64,000 nucleotides of DNA from the IMG/VR virus record IMGVR_UViG_3300049198_000021, positions 64,001 through 128,000 of that record. One strand, 5' to 3'. Every line of letters begins with the position of its first letter. The first letter of the stretch is position 1. The DNA comes from a virus (taxonomy: Duplodnaviria > Caudoviricetes). This document shows, in pieces, positions 44,807-54,362 of this stretch. Below the pieces are notes generated by a model. That model searched no databases, was not told the origin of the DNA, and worked only from the letters and a program-made list of their open reading frames with translations. A program made the translations under genes and the position numbers.

Positions 44807-46600
44807 ATGGCAAACAAGCTGCTCGCCGATAGCAACCGCGCATCGCTCCGCGAGATCATCGAATCCAACGTTGCTTGGGGCGAGACCCCGACTGCCGGCG
44901 TCACCCGCGCCCGTCGTTTCCGCACGTCCTCGATCACAGCCACCAAGGAGACCGTTGAGTCGGAAGAAATCCGCGACGACCGCATGATCTCCTCGGTCAT
45001 CGAAACCGCCGCTATGTCCGGCGGCGAGATCGCTTGGGAGTTCGCAGCCGGCACGGTTGACCTCGACTTGCAGCGCGCCCTCATGGGTGCGTGGTCGCGC
45101 CCGATGGATTGGGACGTCTTCCGTGGTAAGACCGTTTCGGTTACCGCCAACAACAACGTCCGCATCAGCGGCACCGATGTTTCGTCCTACTTCACCGTCG
45201 GTCGCCGCATCCGCCTGAATGGCTTTGTCAACCCGGCAAACAACAACTACCTCCAGATCAGCGCTGTCGCTTTCGCTGGTGGTAACACCGACATCACGGT
45301 TGCTGGCACCACGCTGGTGGCCGAAGCCGGCACGGCTGTTACCAGTGTGGCTGACGCAAACGACGTTATCGTTCTGCGCTCGACTGGCATCCGCTTTGGT
45401 AACAGCGCCAACACCATCGACGGCAACGGCTCGAACCCGTTCGCTGCGGCTATCGCAGCGGGTCAGTTGAAGTCGGGTCAGCGCATCTTCGTCGAAGGTA
45501 TCGGTTACGAGACCGGCACGATCACGGCTGATACTGTGCTTGCTGGCGATAGCGTCACCCTGACCGATGGTGTGGACACCGTGACCCTCGAAGCCGACCT
45601 CGACTTCGATGTCGGTGTCGATGACACCGCGACTGCGGCTAACCTCGCAGCAGCAATCAATGCTCTCCGCCCGACCGGTGCCCTCGCTGTTTCGGCGACC
45701 TCGGCTCTGGGTGTTGTGACCGTGACCAACCTCCGCAAGGATGGTGGTGTCCTGACCGAAGTCGATGCGACCCTCGCGGTTGTGGACTTTGCTGGTGGCT
45801 CGACCACAGCAGGTGGTTTCTACACCGTCGTGTCTCTGACCGATGACGCGATCGTCGTGGACCGTGCTGTGCCTGTTGTGGCTGCCGGCCGCCCGATCAC
45901 CATCAAGGGCTCGATGCTCCGCAATCCGGGCAGCAGCGCTGAAATCACCCCACAGTCGGCAACCATCGAAACCGGCTTCCAAGACGTGAGTCAGTATTTC
46001 ACCGTTGACGGCCTCCGTTGCGGCGGCGTCGAAATGGAAGTCGCGGCCGGCTCAATCGTCACCGGTCAGTCCACCTACATGGGCCGTGAAACCAAGCGTG
46101 CCTCGGTCGAGAAGCTTGCAGGCGCGAGCTACACGGTTCTGGAATCGCCCGCAACCGAAGTCGTCTCGGCGACTGCCAACGTTGGCTCGCTCAGCGTCAA
46201 TGGCATCGAACAGGCAACCGCGATCTCGTCGATCCAGTTCTCGATCGAAGGCAACCTGCGTAACCAGCAGGCGGTCGGGTCGAAGTTCCCGGTCGGTATC
46301 GCTGCTGGTCGTCTCAACCTGACCGGCACGATCGAAGCCTACTTCGCCGACGGCGAAATGTATGACCGCTTCATCAACCACGAAACGGTCAGCCTCGCCT
46401 TCCCGATCATCGATCAGGACAAGAACACCTACTACTTCACCATCCCGGCATTCAAGGTCACCAGCGATCCGATCGCACCGGGCGGCCTCGATCAGGATGT
46501 CATGGAGTCGTTGGAGTTCAGCGCCTTCCGCGACGCGGCAACCGCCTGCATGGTGCAGATCGACCGCTTCTCGTCCACTGCTCCGATTACTGCACTGTAA
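44807..46600 (+). CDS. Major tail tube protein with inserted domains
   Basis: E..WGETP, SEEIRDDR, G.L..TG.IEAYF; 597 aa. Confidence 0.85.
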   Translation: MANKLLADSNRASLREIIESNVAWGETPTAGVTRARRFRTSSITATKETVESEEIRDDRMISSVIETAAMSGGEIAWEFAAGTVDLDLQRALMGAWSRPMDWDVFRGKTVSVTANNNVRISGTDVSSYFTVGRRIRLNGFVNPANNNYLQISAVAFAGGNTDITVAGTTLVAEAGTAVTSVADANDVIVLRSTGIRFGNSANTIDGNGSNPFAAAIAAGQLKSGQRIFVEGIGYETGTITADTVLAGDSVTLTDGVDTVTLEADLDFDVGVDDTATAANLAAAINALRPTGALAVSATSALGVVTVTNLRKDGGVLTEVDATLAVVDFAGGSTTAGGFYTVVSLTDDAIVVDRAVPVVAAGRPITIKGSMLRNPGSSAEITPQSATIETGFQDVSQYFTVDGLRCGGVEMEVAAGSIVTGQSTYMGRETKRASVEKLAGASYTVLESPATEVVSATANVGSLSVNGIEQATAISSIQFSIEGNLRNQQAVGSKFPVGIAAGRLNLTGTIEAYFADGEMYDRFINHETVSLAFPIIDQDKNTYYFTIPAFKVTSDPIAPGGLDQDVMESLEFSAFRDAATACMVQIDRFSSTAPITAL

Positions 46601-46834
46601 TCGTGAGCCCCGGCGGGTTCCCCCGACCCGCCGGCGCGATTTGAGGCAAGGACTTCGGTCCTTGTCCTCCGCCACCCCGGTTAGCCGGTAATAGTCCCCG
46701 GACACAGCCTAGGCTCTGTTCGGACGACGGGTGGAGTATCCAGTTCCCCGACACCGATTTCGCTGGCGAAACGGGGTGCAGCCTTGTCGGGAGGCTGCAT
46801 CCCACCCTCCCGACAACCGACAAGGATTACCCCG

Positions 46835-47236
46835 ATGAACCTCTACGAAGCATTTGAAACCAACCTCGACGACACCGCCAAGGAGTTCCCGCTCTCGGAT
46901 ACGGCGTCGATCACGCTGATGCCGATCGCTGGCGACAAGTCGCGCCGGGCTTTCGAGCGTATGATGGAACCCTACAGCGTCCGTCTCAACGCAGGTGGCA
47001 AGCTCACCGACGAAGAGAACAAGGCACTGAACGTCCGCTTCTACGCCGAGAACATCGTCAAGGGCTGGAAGGGCATCAAGGATCGTGAAGGCAACGAGAT
47101 CGAGTTCAGCGCCGAAGCCGCTACCGCACTCTTCACGGATGACAAGCTGGCTTCCTTCTTCGCTCTGATCATCCGGATGGCCTCGAACGACGCTTCGTTC
47201 GAAGCCAAGAAAGCCGAAGCAGACGAGGGAAACTGA
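46835..47236 (+). CDS. Tail assembly chaperone (G)
   Basis: IVKGWKGI...FS.EAA motif; between tube and tape measure; ends in GGGAAAC-TGA. Confidence 0.85.
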   Translation: MNLYEAFETNLDDTAKEFPLSDTASITLMPIAGDKSRRAFERMMEPYSVRLNAGGKLTDEENKALNVRFYAENIVKGWKGIKDREGNEIEFSAEAATALFTDDKLASFFALIIRMASNDASFEAKKAEADEGN

Positions 47237-47664
47237 TAGCCTACCTCAACTGGACGCAGCGTCCGACTTCTAAGAAGGCGGACTGGCTGCGCCAGATTGA
47301 GGCTGAGAAAGGCATCAAGATCAAAACCCTTGAGGACGAACCCGCCCTCTCTCCGCATCTCTACTGGATTTGGAAAGCCTTCACTGACCTCAATAGCCGG
47401 CGACCGGTTGCAGGTATGGGAGGCTTTCTACCCTTCTCCTACACAGAGATCGAAGCATACTGCCGGCTCAAAGGCATTTATTCCCTCGGCGAACGCGAGC
47501 GCTTGCTGCGTCTGCTTGAAGTCCTCGACCACGAGTGGATCAAGGCTTACGTCGAGCGTGAAGAAAAGAAGAACCCTTCTTCGAAAGGCACACCGCCACC
47601 CCCATCCCACTCGCCCCCTCGCGGCGGTGGACGAAAAGCACCCCCTCGAAAACAGGTAGCGTAG
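47227..47664 (+). CDS. Tail assembly chaperone -1 frameshift extension (GT)
   Basis: The -1 frame from slippery GGGAAAC 47227-33 is open (KLIAYLNW...WKAFTDL..RR..GMG...EIEAY) and continuous with ORF 47416..47664. Confidence 0.8.
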   Translation, partial: GKLIAYLNWTQRPTSKKADWLRQIEAEKGIKIKTLEDEPALSPHLYWIWKAFTDLNSRRPVAGMGGFLPFSYTEIEAYCRLKGIYSLGERERLLRLLEVLDHEWIKAYVEREEKKNPSSKGTPPPPSHSPPRGGGRKAPPRKQVA

Positions 47665-47667
47665 CCA

Positions 47668-50600
47668 ATGGATACCCATGGCATGAAGTTTGTCGTTGAC
47701 ACGACTGGAGTCGCGAAAGGTTTTCGCGACTACAAGTCGGCTGTCGATGGCATCTTCGCTTCCCTGACTAAGTTCGAAGCCCACGTCGATAAGACGATGA
47801 AGGGGGTTGCCAAGGCTTCGTCTAACCCACAAGCACTAAACGCATTCAAGAAGGCCGTCAGCGCCTTCGCGAAGGTAGACATCGACACGTCGGCAGCCCG
47901 CAAGCTGTCGGCGCTGTCGGCTGCCATGCAGGGCTTCAAAGCCCCCTCTGCTTCCCAGACGGCAAACACCACAAAATTCTTCAAGGCTCTCTCGAATGGG
48001 ATGCCTGACCTGACGAACGCATATCGTTCGATCAAGGCGATGAACGACATCAAGGCTGCTATGGCAGGGTTCAAAGCCCCGCCGGCTTCTGCGTCCAAGA
48101 ACCTGCTTGCATTCGGACAGGCTATGGCTGCCGCCGCGCCCGGATTCTCGAAGCTCAAGAGCATTGCCGGTATCTCCGGGATCGCCAATGAATTGGCCTC
48201 GATCTCGATCGCCATGTCGCGTCTCAAAGCACCCACTGCCAGCCAAGTTTCCAACATCGGAAACTTGGCCGTTGCGTTGCGTTCTTTCCGGATGGGCAAC
48301 CTCGGAAACGGGCAAGTGCTGTTCAACGCACTGGATGCCATCTCGAAGTTCAAGGCACCTTCGGCTGCTCAAAGCAAGAACCTCCAAGCGTTTGTCACGG
48401 CTCTAGGGAACTTGAAGGTTCCGGCGAACGCTGACGCCCTCGCCGCTGCTCTCACCAAGATCGCAAACGCAGCAACCGGAGCGAGCGGCGCATTGTCGCG
48501 CCTGCGTGGTCAGGTCGGTCCTCTCGGAGGTCAGCTAGGTAATCTAGGCGGTCAAGCGCGTGGCGCTTCGCTCCAGATGATGGGCCTCCAGAACGCCTTT
48601 TCCGGCACGTTCCAAGTTGGTTCTGTGCTGCGCTCGCTGCTGGGTTCGCTCACCATCGCAGAGCTTGGTCGTAGCTACTTCGAAGCAACCAACGGGGCTC
48701 TTGCGTTCCAAGCACAGATGAGTGTCATCAGCAAGGAAGCTGGTTTCGCTAACGCTCAGCTTACCTATGTCAACGAGACTGCCAACAAGTTCGGGATCGA
48801 CTCGCTGGCGGCCGCACAAGGCTTTGCCAAGGTCTCTATCGCAGCCCACAAGTCGGGCCTGTCGGTTATGGACACGCGTCACGTCTTCGAAGGCTTCTCG
48901 ACTTCCATGGCCGTTCTGGGAACGACCACAGCAGGCCAGCAGGATGTCTGGCTCGCCCTGCAACAGGTCATGAACAAGGGCTACCTGTCGGCCGAAGAAC
49001 TCAACCAGCAGCTTAACGAAAAGCTGCCGGGTGCGATGGCTTACGCCACCGAATATGCAAACAGCCTCGGCCTGTCGCTCGAAAAGGGTTTGAAGACTAA
49101 GGCTCTGGATGCTGCCGGTGTTCTGGCTCACATCTCCAAGCGAATGAAGGAAGACTTCGGCCCGGCTGTCGAAGAAGCATTGAAGCGCCCTCAGAATCAG
49201 ATGACGATTCTGCGGAACAACTTCCGCACCTTGTTCCAAGCCATTGGTGAAGCAGGCGGCAACGAGGCATTCGCAAGCCTGCTTAGCAACATCAACGACA
49301 AGATGACTCCAGAAGCCATCCAGCGTTATGCGCAAGCCCTTGCTGTTGGGCTCAAGCGGGCTGTGGATAGCGTCTCGGCGGCGTTCAACTGGCTTTATGA
49401 AAACTGGGATTCGATCAAAGGACCGCTGGCAACTACGCTGAGCCTGATCGGCAAGTTCATGATCGTGTCCTCGGCTCTTCAAATCGGTAACTTCATCGTA
49501 GCTCCGATGATCGCAGCAGGGCGAGCAGCACTTTTCGCTGCCCCGTTGATCATGCAGTTGGTCTACGCGAGCCGGGCTCTGGCAGCTACGAACCTTGCCG
49601 CTTATTATGCTCAACTCGCCCTGATCACCAACCCTCGCGTCGTTGCTGGCGTGCAAGCACTGTCTGTTGCGATGGGGCGTCTCGGTGCAACTCGGATCGG
49701 GGCAGCCGCACTGAGCGGACTGGCCCGTGTTCCCGGATTGGCTCGTGCTGCCACCGTGGCTACCACAGGACTGGCAGCCGCTATCGGCGTCGGTCTGTCC
49801 GCCGCGTGGGGAATTGCTACCCAAGCCGCCGAGGATTCCACCGGTAAGACCATTCAGATCAACTACACTGCCGGTGAGATCATCTCGGGCATCTGGCAGA
49901 CCATGACTGAGTGGATCAGCGAGAAGTGGGACATCGCGATGACCTACGTCGATGCGGCTGCTAAGTGGCTGGGCGACCAGTTGGCGTTCAAGGTCGAAGG
50001 CATCGGCTCGATGTTCGCAAAGCTTGGCTTCGGCATTTACTATGCACTGACCAAGGCACTTGAAGGTGTCATGCGGGCCGCTATCGGCTTTGCGGCCGGT
50101 ATGTATCGCACTATCTCCAGCATTGGTGGGGCGCTTTCCGACCTCTTAGATGGTAACTTCTCAGGAGCAGCGGCGAAAGCTAAGGGCGCTGTTCTGGGTG
50201 AAGACATGATGGCCGGCTTCAAGGGTGCATTCGGTGGAATGCAGTTGGGCGGCGCTGACTTTGAGGCTCAGTATGCTAAGGTCGGGCGCGGCGCTGGTGT
50301 CGTCGCTGATTGGATGAACAGCATGGGAGCTAAGGGCCGTGGCCCAGCAGCCCCGGCTAAGCCGACTCGTGCTGAAATGGATGCTGCCCAGATCGCGGCA
50401 ATGCTGGGTCAACCACAGGCAACCGTCCCGGAAGAAGGTAAGGGCGGCGGCAGCGGCGGTAAGAAGGGTGGCGCGGCAGGCGACTTCGAACGAGACGCTA
50501 AGCGCGTTGAAGGCGCTGTTGACAGCCTCATGCAGAAGCTCCTCGAAAACGACCCGATCAAGGAGCTTAATCAGGAATATATTGAAACCCTGACGAAGCA

Positions 50601-52440
50601 GGCTCACACCCTGTTGAATGCTGATGGTTACAAGCAGTTCATTACGACACTCAAGTCTGAAAGCCAGCAAGGAAAGCTGTCTGTTGAGTCGTTAATCAGC
50701 GCCATGAGCGATCCAAAGAACTTGGATTCCAAGGCGATCGAAGACCTTGCGGCTCGCTATGACGTTAGTGTTTCGCAGATCATCAGCCTTGCCCGCGAAC
50801 AACAGACCGCGTTTGAGGAAATGAAAAAAGAAGCTGTCATCAAGCAGCTTGATAAAGATTTCCGGGGCCTTGCCAAGGGCATGGAACTGGTAGGGGATTC
50901 TGTGCCTGAAATCGCCGAGATGAAGGCGAACATTGATGACCTCACTGGCCTCGCCCGTCTTATCATGCCGGCCGATGAAGGTTTTGCCAAGTTCCTTACA
51001 GACGTGCGGACCGGGGCGATCTCGGCTGCCGACGCATTGGCGAAGCTGCGTGCGATCATGGCTGATCCGGCTCAGATGTCGGCTGAGGCTCGTCAGTTCT
51101 TGGCAAACTCGCCGACCAGTGGGGACGAGATCGCAGACGCCACAGCACGGAAGCTTGAAGCTTCTAAGGACGCAACCCGCGAAGCCAAGCTCGATCTTGA
51201 GTTTGGTGGCCGTCTGCTATCGCAGCGGAGCAATGAAATCAAGCTTCTGCAAATGTCTTCGCAGGAAGCAGAAGTTTACACCACCGTTATGGAGGAAGTG
51301 AACCGGGTCCGTGCCAAGGGTGTGATCGTCTCGCAGGAGCAGATCAACGGCTTGATGGGAGAAGTGCGGGCCCAGCAGCAGCTTGCGAATCAGATGCAGC
51401 GGAACAAGGAGTTCTTCGAGAACAACGGCGTTCGCGGCTACATCAACGACATCAAGAGTGTCGGTGAGTCGATCAACGAACTGGATAAGAACGTCCTCCA
51501 GTCTCTGGAAGACCAATTGTTCAGTCTCGGGACCACCGGTAAGTTCAGCTTCCAAGCGATCTTCGACACCCTGCAACAGGGCTTGATCCGTTTCGCTTCG
51601 CAGAACATCCTCAAGGAAGGTCTGGGTAAGCTCTTCGGTGGTGAACTGGAAGGTGGAACGCCGAGTCTTCTGGGCGGGCTGTTCAAGGCTTTCGGGATCG
51701 AACATGCGGCAGGAACGACGAACCCTCTGGGATCATCGTTTACGAATCCGATGCACGTTGTCATCGATCCAACAACCGGAAACTTACTCTCCGGACTGGG
51801 AACAGTCAAGGTAGGGGAAGGGACTCCTGAGGAGCTAGTCGGGGCCGCTACGGATACCTTGACGAATGGTCTCCGGGAAGCTGGTAACCTCCTCAAGCTC
51901 GACCTTTCACAGGCTGGTAAGGGCCTTGCAGGGGCTCTCTCGCAGTTCATGAGCGGTATGGCTGGCGGCGGCGGCGGCGGCGGCGGCCTGTTAGGCGGCT
52001 TGCTTAACCTCGGCATGGGTCTTCTAGGCGGCGGCGCTGGTGGCATCACCGGTAGTGTGGTCTCCAGCCTGTCGGGCAGCGCGGCGGCTACGATCGCGGC
52101 AAATCCGGGCATCTTCAAGGAAGGTGGTTTCCCCGGCTCCCCGGTGGCACGCACTTCGGTTCATCCGTCGGCGTTCACGAATGCTCCGCACTATGCGGAA
52201 GGCACTCCGAATACCAGCGGTGGTCACCCAGCCATCCTGCATGACAACGAAGCGGTGATCCCGCTCAGCCGTGGCCGCAAGGTTGCTGTTGAGATGAACG
52301 GGGGAAGCCGTGGGCAGACGATCAACAACAACTTCATGATCTCTAGCCCCGATGCGAACTCGTTCCGCAAGAGCGAAACACAGATCGCGACCAAGATGCA
52401 CATGCAGGCAGGTCGAGCCTTCCGCCGCAACCACGGCTAA
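47668..52440 (+). CDS. Tape measure protein
   Basis: 1590 aa, Ala/Gly-rich; LQQVMNKGYLSAEELNQQLNEKLPG tape-measure motif. Confidence 0.92.
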   Translation: MDTHGMKFVVDTTGVAKGFRDYKSAVDGIFASLTKFEAHVDKTMKGVAKASSNPQALNAFKKAVSAFAKVDIDTSAARKLSALSAAMQGFKAPSASQTANTTKFFKALSNGMPDLTNAYRSIKAMNDIKAAMAGFKAPPASASKNLLAFGQAMAAAAPGFSKLKSIAGISGIANELASISIAMSRLKAPTASQVSNIGNLAVALRSFRMGNLGNGQVLFNALDAISKFKAPSAAQSKNLQAFVTALGNLKVPANADALAAALTKIANAATGASGALSRLRGQVGPLGGQLGNLGGQARGASLQMMGLQNAFSGTFQVGSVLRSLLGSLTIAELGRSYFEATNGALAFQAQMSVISKEAGFANAQLTYVNETANKFGIDSLAAAQGFAKVSIAAHKSGLSVMDTRHVFEGFSTSMAVLGTTTAGQQDVWLALQQVMNKGYLSAEELNQQLNEKLPGAMAYATEYANSLGLSLEKGLKTKALDAAGVLAHISKRMKEDFGPAVEEALKRPQNQMTILRNNFRTLFQAIGEAGGNEAFASLLSNINDKMTPEAIQRYAQALAVGLKRAVDSVSAAFNWLYENWDSIKGPLATTLSLIGKFMIVSSALQIGNFIVAPMIAAGRAALFAAPLIMQLVYASRALAATNLAAYYAQLALITNPRVVAGVQALSVAMGRLGATRIGAAALSGLARVPGLARAATVATTGLAAAIGVGLSAAWGIATQAAEDSTGKTIQINYTAGEIISGIWQTMTEWISEKWDIAMTYVDAAAKWLGDQLAFKVEGIGSMFAKLGFGIYYALTKALEGVMRAAIGFAAGMYRTISSIGGALSDLLDGNFSGAAAKAKGAVLGEDMMAGFKGAFGGMQLGGADFEAQYAKVGRGAGVVADWMNSMGAKGRGPAAPAKPTRAEMDAAQIAAMLGQPQATVPEEGKGGGSGGKKGGAAGDFERDAKRVEGAVDSLMQKLLENDPIKELNQEYIETLTKQAHTLLNADGYKQFITTLKSESQQGKLSVESLISAMSDPKNLDSKAIEDLAARYDVSVSQIISLAREQQTAFEEMKKEAVIKQLDKDFRGLAKGMELVGDSVPEIAEMKANIDDLTGLARLIMPADEGFAKFLTDVRTGAISAADALAKLRAIMADPAQMSAEARQFLANSPTSGDEIADATARKLEASKDATREAKLDLEFGGRLLSQRSNEIKLLQMSSQEAEVYTTVMEEVNRVRAKGVIVSQEQINGLMGEVRAQQQLANQMQRNKEFFENNGVRGYINDIKSVGESINELDKNVLQSLEDQLFSLGTTGKFSFQAIFDTLQQGLIRFASQNILKEGLGKLFGGELEGGTPSLLGGLFKAFGIEHAAGTTNPLGSSFTNPMHVVIDPTTGNLLSGLGTVKVGEGTPEELVGAATDTLTNGLREAGNLLKLDLSQAGKGLAGALSQFMSGMAGGGGGGGGLLGGLLNLGMGLLGGGAGGITGSVVSSLSGSAAATIAANPGIFKEGGFPGSPVARTSVHPSAFTNAPHYAEGTPNTSGGHPAILHDNEAVIPLSRGRKVAVEMNGGSRGQTINNNFMISSPDANSFRKSETQIATKMHMQAGRAFRRNHG

Positions 52441-52498
52441 TTTTCCCTTGACAGTCACCGCTATTTTGAATAGACGGTGACTGTCAGAAGGACCCCCT

Positions 52499-53101
52499 AT
52501 GGAAATTGCAAACTTTCACGATGTCCGCTTCCCGGAGGACATTAGCTATGGCTCGTCTGGTGGGCCGGGCTTCAACACCAGCGTCATCGATCTGGCATCC
52601 GGCCACGAACAGCGGAACATCAACTGGTCGTTGGCGCGGGCCAAATACGACGCTTCCTACGGTGTCAAGACCCGAGAGCAAATGGAGGAAGTCCTTGACT
52701 TCTTCTACGCTCGGCGCGGTAAGGCATTCGGTTTCCGCTTCAAGGATTGGATGGACTTCGTTCTTGAGCGTCAATCGATCGGCGCCGCTGGCGGGACCAA
52801 CACCTTGCAAGTGTTCAAGCGCTATGAACCCCTGACCAGCTACTTCTACGACCGTCCGATCTTGAAGATCGTGCCGGGAACCGTTCAGGTCTGGACGAAT
52901 GGAGTCGAACGCTCACCCCTGTTGGTCAACACGGGCACCGGTCTTGTAAACACGACCGGATATGCGGGCCAGACTATCGAAGTGGCTTGCGAGTTCGATG
53001 TCCCGGTCCGCTTTGACACCGACGAAATCAACATCACCCACGACGACTGGGAACTGATGTCGTGGCCCTCCATCCCCCTCATCGAACTGCGTCCGCGATA
53101 A
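52499..53101 (+). CDS. Distal tail protein (DUF2460, GTA g12-like)
   Basis: FHDVRFP..ISYGS.GGP.F.T, ARRG.A.GFRFKDW.D, FDVPVRFDTD. Confidence 0.9.
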   Translation: MEIANFHDVRFPEDISYGSSGGPGFNTSVIDLASGHEQRNINWSLARAKYDASYGVKTREQMEEVLDFFYARRGKAFGFRFKDWMDFVLERQSIGAAGGTNTLQVFKRYEPLTSYFYDRPILKIVPGTVQVWTNGVERSPLLVNTGTGLVNTTGYAGQTIEVACEFDVPVRFDTDEINITHDDWELMSWPSIPLIELRPR

Positions 53102-53104
53102 GCC

Positions 53105-53959
53105 ATGAAGTCTATCAGCATTGAACTTTCAAACCATCTGGATGGCGAGGTCACCACCTTGGCGTCATGCTGGCGCGTTGTTCGGCGCGACGGCCGGGAG
53201 TTCTTCTTCACCGATCACGACCAAGACATCGTTTTCGAAGGAGACACCTACGAAGCGGAATCGAGCTACGACCGGACGGCCGTAGCAAACGGCTCAGACA
53301 TGAGCGTCGATAACATGGATGTTTCCGGTATTCTCGATTCCGAGAAGATCAGTGAAGAGGACATGCGAAACGGTTTGTTCAATCGGGCCGATGTCTATAT
53401 CTTCATCGTCAACTGGCAACACCCAGAATATGGGCCGCTCAAGGTCCGGCGTGGTTGGTTTGGTGAGGTCACAATCACTGACACCGGGATGTTCACGACT
53501 GAAATTCGCGGCCTTGCTCAAGCGCTTTCGCACAACTTCATTGAGGTCTATGCGGCGGAGTGTCGGGCTGACTTTGGTGATTTCCGCTGCAAGCTGAATA
53601 TCGCTGATTACGAAATCCCGACCACTGTTTTGGTAGCATTTCAACGCGACTCTTTCGTCCTCCCCGTCGATTTTGTCCCACCGTCGCAGGGCCTCGCGCC
53701 GGGCACTGTCCGCTTCGTTGACGGCCCGAACGCCGGCCGAACGGTCGAGATTACCGGATACAACCCCACAACGCGAACGGTCGAACTGTTTGAAAGCGTG
53801 GGCTACGAAATCACCACCGGGACTCAGATCGTTGTTGCCCCCGGATGCGACGGTTCGCTTGAGCGGTGCAAGCTCTACAACAATGTCATCAACCGCCGTG
53901 CCGAGGATTACGTTCCCGGAAACGACGAACTCATGAAGTATCCCGATGCCCAACAGTGA
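53105..53959 (+). CDS. Baseplate hub protein (DUF2163, GTA g13-like)
   Basis: TTLA.CW...RRDG....FTDHD, CRA.FGD.RC, GCD.....C...N..N. Confidence 0.9.
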   Translation: MKSISIELSNHLDGEVTTLASCWRVVRRDGREFFFTDHDQDIVFEGDTYEAESSYDRTAVANGSDMSVDNMDVSGILDSEKISEEDMRNGLFNRADVYIFIVNWQHPEYGPLKVRRGWFGEVTITDTGMFTTEIRGLAQALSHNFIEVYAAECRADFGDFRCKLNIADYEIPTTVLVAFQRDSFVLPVDFVPPSQGLAPGTVRFVDGPNAGRTVEITGYNPTTRTVELFESVGYEITTGTQIVVAPGCDGSLERCKLYNNVINRRAEDYVPGNDELMKYPDAQQ

Positions 53960-54362
53960 TGACTTCATCGCAGCAGCCCGTTCTTATATGGGGGTGCGTT
54001 GGCGGCATCAGGGACGCAACCGGCTAGGGGTTGATTGTGTCGGCCTCGTGCTTTGCAGCCTGTCTGATATTGGTATCCCCGCACCGGACATGCAAGGCTA
54101 CCGACGGACGCCTGACCCGATCTTCGTCGAACACATTCGAAACAATTCGCTACCAGCCGAAGGCACACAGCCGGGAACCCTCGGAATTTTCCGAGACGGA
54201 ACCCAGCCATGTCACGTAGGTATCTTTGCAACTATGCATGGACAAACTTCCTTGATCCACGCCTACGCAGGCACAGGGATCGTCATGGAAGAAGTCTTCA
54301 TCCACGATTGGCCGAAAAAGCTAGTCGAGGTCCGCGCATTCAAGGGACTTGAATACATCTAA
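53946..54362 (+). CDS. NlpC/P60 family tail peptidase
   Basis: AR.Y.G..W.HQGR...GVDCVGL, HVGI, IHA. Confidence 0.9.
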   Translation: MPNSDDFIAAARSYMGVRWRHQGRNRLGVDCVGLVLCSLSDIGIPAPDMQGYRRTPDPIFVEHIRNNSLPAEGTQPGTLGIFRDGTQPCHVGIFATMHGQTSLIHAYAGTGIVMEEVFIHDWPKKLVEVRAFKGLEYI

